Positions 13,461 to 23,100 of a stretch of DNA of 30,509 nucleotides are shown here, one piece after another. Each line of letters opens with the position of its first letter. The first letter of the stretch is position 1. The stretch lies in the NCBI GenBank assembly GCA_964035545.1, contig CAXIUT010000050.1, positions 26,606 through 57,114 of the forward strand. Reading direction: 5' to 3'. The notes beneath the pieces were generated by a model. It did no database searches and was not told the DNA's origin. It saw only the letters and a program-made list of their open reading frames with translations. The translations under genes were made by a program, and so were the position numbers. The stretch comes from Bugula neritina. Its lineage: Eukaryota > Animalia > Bryozoa.

Positions 13461-14308
13461 TCAATAGACCTTCTAAACTCCATGTTTATCCTGATAGGCA
13501 GCCAGAAGGACTTCATTCAAACACTTCTAAGATTTTTTGTGGTAGTTTGGTAACACCTAAAGGTTTAGTTTAGGAATAGCTATCTTTCCCATTCCACTTG
13601 AGCCTAATAAACTTTTCTGACTCTTTTGAGATTGCATCACCTTCTTTACTGGCTGAGAACTTTACGTAGGCATCCTTTTTGCATAATCTTTTTTCGTATT
13701 CTTTTCTTCATAATTTAAAAGTCTTTCTTTAAGAACCTAAATGAAAAATAGCTTACTTTATTCTCCTAAAGAATTAATGATAGTTTTGACTATAATTCTT
13801 TCAGTCTATTTTTAGCTTCTTCGACTTCAGGATCTCCCTTTTGGCTCATACTTCTGTTGAGGTTTATTTTAGAATGTTGTACTTCTTGTTTACTGCGACC
13901 CAGCTGTCCTCTTGAATAGCTATCATACTGTCTGTTCTTATCTTAAGGTTAATGACCCTCTGTTTTTAGTTGTACTTTCGGTGGGGTAGAACTGCTGTTA
14001 TGACTCTTATCTAATGGTTGCTACATACTTTTGCCAAACTGTAGGGCTAATGAGAAGTGCTCAATATAATTTGAATCCTACATAAGGAGCTCAAGTAAAT
14101 TTTTCAGAGCATTTTTGTATGCTTAGGTTTATGTACGACCATAACCGGTGGCTTTTGCGATGGGAAGAATCCAGGTAGCTTCAAAACACTTATAGGATAT
14201 TTCTTTGCGGACTTTTTAGTAGTTAAGGCGATGAGCTGAGACAAAGTCAAGGAAGATTCTGATGAGTTAATTATCTTCCAACCCTTGAATGACTGCCTTT
14301 GCTGACAT
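13461..14308 (-). CDS. Hypothetical protein with possible N-terminal dsRBD-like fold and a coiled coil (275 aa); intron 13737-13756
   Basis: ATGYGRTETEAYKNALKNLL resembles the dsRBM beta3-alpha2 pattern. Coiled coil LKELESKLSLILEENKVLKERL spans the intron. Confidence 0.7.
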
Positions 14309-14360
14309 ATAACTATTCGTTAGTAAAACTATTTAAATCAATCATTTGCAAGTCTATTGT

Positions 14361-14918
14361 TCACGTGCTATATTCTTCTGAAGATTAGTGATCAACTGAG
14401 GCTCCCTCTTTGTTGCAGCAATCATTGCAGTTACAATGTTATGTGCAAGCTAGTCCTGCATTATAGCATTCACAATATTTCTTTTGGCAGTTGGTTTTCT
14501 TGCAGTTACATCCCTTGTGATTATGCCGGTTGTTCGCCTGTGACTTAAGCTTGGCCTTCTATAGTAGCCCTTAGTGCTCACTATGATTGTAACATCCGTA
14601 ACAAGCACATTCAGAAGTACACATCTTACCCACAGAAAAACATTAGCAATACATCTTGATACAGTTAGTTTTTTTACAAGTACATCCAGTTTTCCTTTTC
14701 CTCACTGCTTCCTCTTCTGTGTTGAAGATAGTCAGCCCTAAGGAGTCTTCTTCATCTTGAGGGAGGGGACGAGTGGGTTTATCGAAGCAGGCTAGAGAGA
14801 GCAGAGAGGGGTCTGGTAGCTGGTTGTGAGATTAGATGAGTTTGAGAGAAGTTTGTTCCAGGAAGGGAAAGTCTAGGATGATGGTGTGGTTGTCTTGTGG
14901 GAAGTGACATTTACTCAT
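14361..14918 (-). CDS. Tesmin/TSO1-like CXC (CRC) domain protein (185 aa)
   Basis: Two CXC repeats: [14 protein letters not shown](TAA)[19 protein letters not shown] and [23 protein letters not shown]...CNCNDCCN. Confidence 0.95.
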
Positions 14919-15127
14919 AGTAGACAATTTATTGATATTTTTATTATACTAAGATATGGCTTAACTGTGTTTTAATCTATTCATTTGAATTATACCTCCA
15001 AAGACCTGAAATAACATCTTTATGAATTAAATATTGATTTAAGGAGTTAAGATTATGAAATAGATTTAAAAATGTTTGAGATAATAAGAATGAGGTGAGT
15101 TGAATGTTTTATTGTTATATTTGATTG

Positions 15128-15927
15128 ATGCCTATCAGAGAAGGTAGAGCCAAATTGTGGTTTAAAACTAAAGAAGAGCAAGTACCTTCCTTCTCACTCA
15201 GGACTAGTACGATGATAATGTTATCTCCAATATCGAACTTACCACCGATGACTAAAATGATGAAAACTACAACCTTATGTTCGTCCGCAAGAAAAAAGAA
15301 GCTTTCCTCTAACTGAACTCTCGAGCACAACGTGACCTCGCCCAAGTATATCTACCTAACCCAGATCAACAATATTTTTGAGGACAAAAATTTCATTGAC
15401 AAGTACCTTAGTGGTAAACGGGATCACACAATCAATCGTCACTGGAACATCCAGAAAGGTATGCTAGCTTGGGGAGTCGGCTATCTTCTACTCAGAGAAG
15501 TACCATTTTCTTCACTCAGTTACCTATCCGCAACTTTTATGCCAGATGTTGGATCATGTTCTTTGCTTATTGCATGTATGTAGAACGAAAAGGTGCTTTG
15601 AGCCCTCTCAGTGCAGTGAATCTGGTCGTGAAAGATGAATTCACAGATAAAGATATTCGAAACTACCAGGCCTATCATGATATGCACAATCATATAATTC
15701 CTCATGCTAGCAACAAGATTCCTGAAAGCAAGGTTTGGCAATTAAACCAACCAGCCTACATGAGAGAAGTACCAGAAGCTAAAATCTCAGAAATGACCTG
15801 GATTGTAGCAGCTCCCATTCCAAAGGTAGTTGCTTGGGATGGTACCTTCAACATGCCTCTCTAAGGACTTGCTCACCCTCTCCACAGAGATGGAAAGATG
15901 GTCGATTTCGCATGGTGGGAGTATTGA
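15128..15927 (+). CDS. Ciliate mitochondrial ATP synthase supernumerary subunit, ATPTT6-like (246 aa); introns 15182-15201, 15346-15364 and 15500-15519
   Basis: MPIREGRAKLWF...ISNIEL, YLLLRELPIRNFYAR and WDGTFNMP match my recollection of a Tetrahymena ATP synthase subunit. The subunit number is from memory and should be confirmed by BLASTP. Confidence 0.75.
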
Positions 15928-15977
15928 TCATAACATAAATAAAACTAAAACGGCTATTATTCTATATTATATTTAAA

Positions 15978-17981
15978 ATGAAAAAAGAATAACTAGAACT
16001 ACTCAGCCCTAGAAAAGGAAAATCAAAACCAGAATAATATCCTAATCCCCCTAAAAACCACATATAATAGCTTTTTAAGTTGATTTTACCTCCTTTTCTC
16101 TTTACAGCTCTCTCTTTTGTATTCCGAATTTTCTGGAAGATTCTCATCTATATCTCAAGTTTCTTCAGTTCAAAGGAATAAATAGGAGAGGCATCTAAAT
16201 AATTCAGAAAAAGACGATTTGAGACACCAGTATAAAATGTAAAACTGCAACAAGAAGATTTAGGCTTTACCAATCAAGTTCTTTTCCAGTAGAGTAAAAA
16301 GTGTGTTAACTTATTTTTACCTGTCTATATTACTGGAAAGATAAAAAGTATCCAAGATGTTTCTGTACAATCTCTCACTGGGAATATAAGTTGCGCTCTT
16401 ATCATTAATGTTCACTATGGAGATCTTCCTTAATAAGTAGTTTCTAAATTGGAAACTAGTATTGTACTACAACTCAATCGAGGAGAATCTTTGCTATTGG
16501 CTGAAGATGGGTTAAATATCACTACTAAGAGAAATTAAAAAGCCAAATTTATCATTTTTACCCTCAGAAAAGTTTTTCTTGCATTTATGATTGAAGATAC
16601 TCTTTGGTCACCTTTTTAACTTCTAGAACTCATCATTTCCATTACTCTGAATACAGTCAGCATTGCACCTAATTCTATTCAACCAAAATAACCTAAAACT
16701 GATTTTAAATCAGACAAATAATATAAAATAAGTTTTAATTGTATGAGAAGTAGCGATGTTGTACCTTTGAGTTTTGCTTTAGATTGTGTTTATGGAGTCT
16801 ATGACTTAGCTGAAAGAAAAATATAGAGTTATCATTCAAAATTTGGTACATATAAAGAAATCATAAAAAATTATGAAGAAAGCATTTAGAATAAACCAAA
16901 AAAAGAATCAAAGAAGAAAAATAAAGATAAAAATAAAGATAGTGATAAAAATAAAGATGAACTAAAAGGTAGTCCTAACATCTTAGTCTTTCCTCCTCCT
17001 TTAAGTAGTCCCAAAAATTAAGCTACTAAACTAGCATAAAAAGCAATTAGGAGATTATCCATGAGAATAGTACCTTAGGAGGTAAAACCTCCACCAAAAA
17101 AAGTGAAATATTTTCAATATACACACTTAGTAATTCCTTTGTATAAATATCCAGGAAACTCTCTGATAACTATTTTCTTGCCTAGTTTATTGTTATCCCT
17201 CTTGGGTTTAGCTATTTTCTTCCAAGATTCATAATTATCAGGAAGAGTGGGTTCGATTGCTACAATGTTTCTAGGCTATATAGCTCTTATTCCCTCAATC
17301 AAGGAACAACTACCTCCTTCTGCTAAATTGACTGTGGTTGAAATATTAGTCTATCTGATGACTCTTAGTTGTATGCTTTGTCTCTATGAGAGCTTTATTA
17401 TCAGAAATATTGAAGATTATGTCTTTATTTGGTACTAGAATTGGAATTTCTTATTTTGTTTGATCATAAATAGTGGAGCTTTTCTCTTTATTATTGGACT
17501 GTACTCTCTTCACAAAATAAAGTGGGAGCCTGATTACAATATTGATTAAAAAGTTCCTGAAATAAAACCCTCATAAAACCCTACAGCATGGGACAATCCA
17601 TACTGTGATTAGGTCTTTATGAAATTTAATCGTGACTTATAAAAAAATAACGAAAGTTAGGATAAATTTATCAAACCATATTATAAATCCAAAATAATGA
17701 CCAGCTTAGAAGATATAAATTAAAGAAATTCATCTAAAAAAGATAAAAGAGTCAGCTTAGCTATTAATATTACAGATCTAGAGAATCTACTTAAGCCTGA
17801 TTAGTCGATAAATAAAGCGACAAAGGAAAATAAAGTTCCTTTTTAGTAGAAATAGAAAAAAGTTGAGCATAAATCAAGACTTCAGGAGATAAGAAAAGCT
17901 TAATGGCTAATATTACCAAGTCCAAGGTCAATGGAATAGTTTGTACCTCCTGAATAACATCTATACTACAAAAAAGACTGA
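15978..17981 (+). CDS. Cys-less pentameric ligand-gated ion channel-like protein, paralog 1 (667 aa)
   Basis: Pro-loop-like LWSPFE, pre-M1 YKYPG, M1 TIFLPSLLL, M2 GRVGSIATMFLGYIAL, M2-M3 loop KEQLPP...LTVVE and an M4 helix. Intronless. Confidence 0.8.
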
Positions 17982-18011
17982 TATAAAAAGATTGATCTAC
18001 ATAAATATGAT

Positions 18012-20024
18012 ATGATATATTTCCTGATAAGCTATCTTAATATATGGATGACTATTTTAAGATCTATATTTTAGGGGTTGGGGTTGGGGTTGGGGTTGGG
18101 GTTGGGGTTGGGGTTGGGGTTGGGGTTGGGGTTGGGGTTGGGGTTGGGGTATTTGGGGTATACCAATCGCATTTTGGTGCAAAATTTACCTAAAAAACAT
18201 ATCAACTTCTACATCCCAGTCTATGTCATTCTCAAAATCAAGAGTCTTCAAGACATAGACATTCATAAACTTGTAGGTAGTGTTAGTTCTGTCATCATTA
18301 TCAATGTGTTGATATAAAATTTACCATAACCTCTGATTTATCTACTGTAGCACTCGATTGAAATCCAACTCAATCGTTCAGAACAACTACTCCTTAAAAA
18401 CTAAGGACCAATTATTGTTACAAAAAATTCTAAAATGTTGAAGTTTACGATTCGTAAAACAGTCACTGCAACTATTGTAGAATAAACTCTCTGGTCTCCC
18501 TTCTAAATAATAAGATTAATTTTTTCAATTACTTTTAATTCTATCAGCAAGAAAAAAGGACTAGATATCAAACATGATTATTCAAAACATCTAAAAGAAA
18601 AAGAAGCATCATAAAAATCAAGATAAATAGCTCTAGGACTCGAATAAGCTTTTATTTAAAATAAATCAAAACCTAAAGTTGAGGATAAATCTTTAATTTA
18701 ATTCAACTAATTTGTCAATTATACGATCAGCTTTAACTGCATGAGAAATGGAATGCAAACACCTATCAGCTATGCTCTTGGCTGTGTTTATTCACTTTAT
18801 GACCTGGCATAAAAAAAATTAGAAGTCTATCATACCAATATCGACTCTTATACAGAAGTAGTTTAAAAATATATCAAAAGAAATGATAAAAAGAGTATCA
18901 AACAATAAAAAAAGCATAAAACAGATAAAATTCATAGAGATTCATCAAAAGGATAATTTTATGAAGGCGGTTTAGATGTTGTAGTCAGTCAAACAGATAG
19001 CATATCTTCACTAACAGAACTAACATCATAAGTCTATCTGTAAATAACATAAAAATAAAGTAAAAAAGCATAAAAATTAACAGCAAAATACTTTCAATAC
19101 AGTCATTTTGTGGTTCCTCTTTATAAATATCCAGGTAATTCATTAGCAACTATCTTTGTACCTGTATTTTTGCTAGGATTATTGAGTTTAGCTATCTTTT
19201 TTCAGGCAAATGACCTATCTAACAGAATTAGTTCAATTGCAACAATGGTATTAGGATATATAGCTTTGATTCCATCTATCAAAGAGCAATTACCACCTTC
19301 TTCAAAGATAACAGTCATTGAAATTGTCATTTATACTTCAACTCTTTGCTGTTTTTTCTCTTTAATGGAAAGTTTTATGATTTAAAATAATGATAACTAT
19401 CAGTTTTTATGGTGGTAAAATGGTTTCTTTTTAATTTGCTTATTCATTCATACAGGAGTCTTCATCTTTATCTTAAGTCTTATGCTCATGCATAAACTAG
19501 TATGGTAACCTTCTTATAACCTCGAAGTTGAAGCTCAAATGACTAATCCTTAAACAGATATGCATTAATGGATTAACTTCTATTGTGATTAATAATTCTA
19601 CATCATAAATCAAAAAATATATCAGAATAACATTAAAAAAGGATAATAAAATAAATCTCAATCCATGATAATCAAATATTAACCAACTTTCAAAAAAATT
19701 TCTTATTTTGAATAATGTTCAATTTCTAAAATAGAAGTTAAAGAATAAAAGCCAAATAAAAAAGAATAAAAGTCAGATGAAAAAGGAAACAAAAAGAAGA
19801 AAGATAGTCAAAAGGGTGAAAAAAAAGAAGAGAAAAAAGAAGAGAAAAAGGAAGAAGAGAAGAAGGAGGAGAAAAAAGTAAAAAAGAGTTAAAGTATGTT
19901 TAGATATGAGAAGAATTTATAATTTTTAGATAAACAGATCAAGAACGGTTTTCATGTTGTATTACTAAAATAAGATAAGTAGCTAGGAAAGAAATCTTAG
20001 ATTTTAAAAGCAAAAAAAGAATGA
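18012..20024 (+). CDS. Cys-less pLGIC-like protein, paralog 2; the 5' part reads through the telomeric tract and the start is uncertain (secure homology from about 18150)
   Basis: Collinear with paralog 1 (LGYTN/LGFTN, LWSPFE, FNCMR, YDLAE, LYKYPGNSL, SIATMxLGYIALIPSIKEQLPP). The frame is open from ATG 18012 to TGA 20022-20024. Confidence 0.75.
18074..18149 (+). repeat. Internal telomeric tract (GGGGTT)12 GGGG in right-end orientation
   Basis: Perfect G4T2 repeats, 76 nt, starting 92 nt after the stop of the upstream gene. Confidence 0.95.
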
Positions 20025-20140
20025 AATATGATTTGGGTTATTAAATAAAATATAATTATAAATATATTAGTATATTTATTTAATTTTTTCTTTTTAATTA
20101 GATTTTAATAATGATACAATAAAGTAAAATGAAATAATAT

Positions 20141-23100
20141 TCAACTGGTTGGGGTTGGGGGTTGGGGTTGGGTGATGAAGTCATTGACAATAACTTCTTC
20201 TACTTCTTTCCAATCAACTTCTGTCCTAAACTCATTCAATTTAATCATATATTGCATCAATACCAACGAATTGACCTTCAGTTACGCTTCATCTCGAATA
20301 AACGAATCCTTTACTATGATCAGTCTCTTACTTGCCTTATATTCTATTACTTTCTATCCTTCTTTCTAGGGTAAGTAACTAATCGAACATGGAGGAAGAT
20401 AACTCAAAAGTGAAGGTTTATAGATAAAAGGGAAAGATTGGTTATTATTTTTTAAACTTAAAATAGAAGCAACTAGGTTAAGAATGATATACGTTAAGGT
20501 CTTTTGGAGAGAAGTTCTTTAACTTCAGGAATAAATTCTGGAAGAGTAAGATCAATTCCAAAATAATCAGTGACAAATATCCATTGATGATGAGCAAATT
20601 AGCCTAAATTAGTGAGTGATATCATTTAAATAAGTTTGAGAGCAGCTAGTAAGTAATTAGGATGTTTTGATATTTAATTTTGGATTTGAACTCTGACTAA
20701 ACTTTTACTAAAAGTTTGCATAAGGAGAGTCAAAATCATAGGCCAAATATCAATAAATAATTGATTAAGAGTTAATTAAGACAACCTGAGAATAAGAATT
20801 CTTATAGCGAATAGAATAAGAATGAGCAAAGCAGCATGGACATTTTATGGTTTCTTGATTACATCTACTATTTTGGCTAGGAGAAGATTGAGTTTATGTG
20901 CATATCTATCTTTAGGACCAGCATAGAGAATAAAACAAATACGTTAAAAACTTTTAATGCGTCGCTTGTTTTATGTTGATTAACTAGTAAAAAAGCTACT
21001 AGATAGAGTGACTTTGTTGAGGTAGTGAAGGTAAGTCTAACTATTTTTGTCCATTGAAACAACCCAGTCAATGATTCTTGCCCAGTAATCAAGAGTATTA
21101 CTATTACATATGAAGAAATCATCTTCATTAAATATTTCCAATAATTTAGGTCTCAGTTCTTTTATAAACAAAATTCTTGCTCTTTCTAGCAAATCAAAAA
21201 TCACTTCTGAAGCACATTCAGCAAATATCTGGTTATGAACTGATTTTTCTTTGATGACTGATAAAATTATTTCAACCCATTCACTTGTTCGAATCACAAC
21301 CCAGTGAGTTTTCTCAGGAAGATAAGTATTCTGCAATATTTAAAGACCTAATCTCTTCAAAATTTTTAAAGCAATATACTCTATATCTGATTTATACTTC
21401 TGTGTTCTAGCCTGGTCTAGATTATTTCAAAGCAAGAGAATCTGAGTGGTTTCGATCACTAAGCTTGCTCTTGTGGATATCATAAAGAGTAGGTGGCAGA
21501 GGAAGCACCAAATTATAGGATTATTGTTTCCCTTAATCTTAGAATTTAACTTTAGATATGCTATCTTGAAAGAAAAAGACTTATTTTTTACTAGCAATTG
21601 TTGCTAAGTGTTTGAGTTTTTAATTTATGAGTGCATGCAAGTCACTTTTAAATCTTTCATTTTTCAGCAATTCTTTAGGTGAATATTTCTTAGCACACAA
21701 ATTTAAAATCTAGATAGCCCAGATACTAGATAAAGGAGTTCTTGATTTCTGAAAGGGTTTTAAAGCCTTCATAATAAGTGACCAAACTTACAGAAGAGGC
21801 TCGTAAGTTAATTATTTTTAGTTCAGATATACGTAATTGAAATAAACATAGAGGAAATAGAGTAACTTAGACTAAGATTTATCGATTTAAAAGTCAAGTA
21901 CTGTTCCTTTTTTATCTCTAGCCTTTTCTGAGTAGAAGTGTGTTAATTATTCAATGGCTGTAGATTAAAGGAAGGCATGAATGACTATATTCGATGGAAA
22001 ATTATTCACAATAATAGTTTCCATTATTTTCATGAGTAGTTCTGTTCGTTTGGGATCAGAAGTTGGTCTTTGATTGTCAGGAGAGACATTTGAACATTAC
22101 CTAATCCAAAGTTTAAGGTAGATATCTATGATTTATTTTGGAAATTTGCAAAACATAGGCTGCATAATACAATATATTTTTCCCCAAATTGATTCTTTTT
22201 CTTCCTGAACATAAGAAATCAAGTCCTTTACAACTTTGTTGTATTTGCTGAATCTTTAAAAATTAAAAGATCTCATTCCCATAGAACTAAATTCCTCAGA
22301 ACCTATTCTAACAAACTCTTCTGAAAGAGGCCAAGATCGAAGAATAGTTTCATAGACTGGCTCAAGATCTTGTAAAATTGATTCACATGTTTCAAAGTTA
22401 TGTAAGAAATTTTTTCTTTATACAAGCTTAGCATTTTTATCTGAGTTAGCTAAACCCAAAGTGAGAATTTTTTTGAAAGTATCAAAGAGGGTGTAGGGAT
22501 TAGCAAACTAGAAATTAAGTTCTTTAATATTAAGTTTGTTCAAATCATAAAAATAATTAAGAATTGCTTATACTCCATGTAAAACTGAAAGAATTTCATT
22601 CGTTTTTCCAACTTGTTTCAGGTTATCACTCAAACGTACCAACTTTTATTCCATTTTTAATTTTGCTTAAAGTTCCATTATTTTAGATTTTGAAACCATA
22701 TTTTAAGAAATAATATTCTAAGGGATCACTTCATCTAAAACAGCTTTGGAAAGAGTTCCTCCGATGTCTTTGATAATTTTGTAATATGTTTTGAGAATAT
22801 GTCTAATACATAAGGTACAGTCTGATGGTTAAAGAAAATCAGCAATTAGAGGAATACAAAGTGTGATGAAAGAAATAAATTGAGAACGAATATAAGCAAA
22901 AGGAGTATGTAGTCCTTCTAAAACTGCAGAAAGAAATACCTTTCCTGTAAAAACAGATTTAAAAAAGGCTCGAACTTTTACAAGAGTAGCTTTTTTACGG
23001 AAAGAAGAGTTAAAAAATATATTTCTAAGAAGGTTTAGCAGTTGAATTTGCATAATATACTATTTATTGAGTACAACTTGAGCCAATACTTTAAAGATAT

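Noticed and set aside
19818-19880. Purine-rich GAA/AAG repeat
   Set aside because: Ordinary low-complexity KKEE coding tail of channel paralog 2.
21561-21580. Candidate 20-nt GT-AG intron in Dopey
   Set aside because: The frame reads through continuously and sensibly (LATIASKKEVFFFQDSISK); removing it would break the frame.
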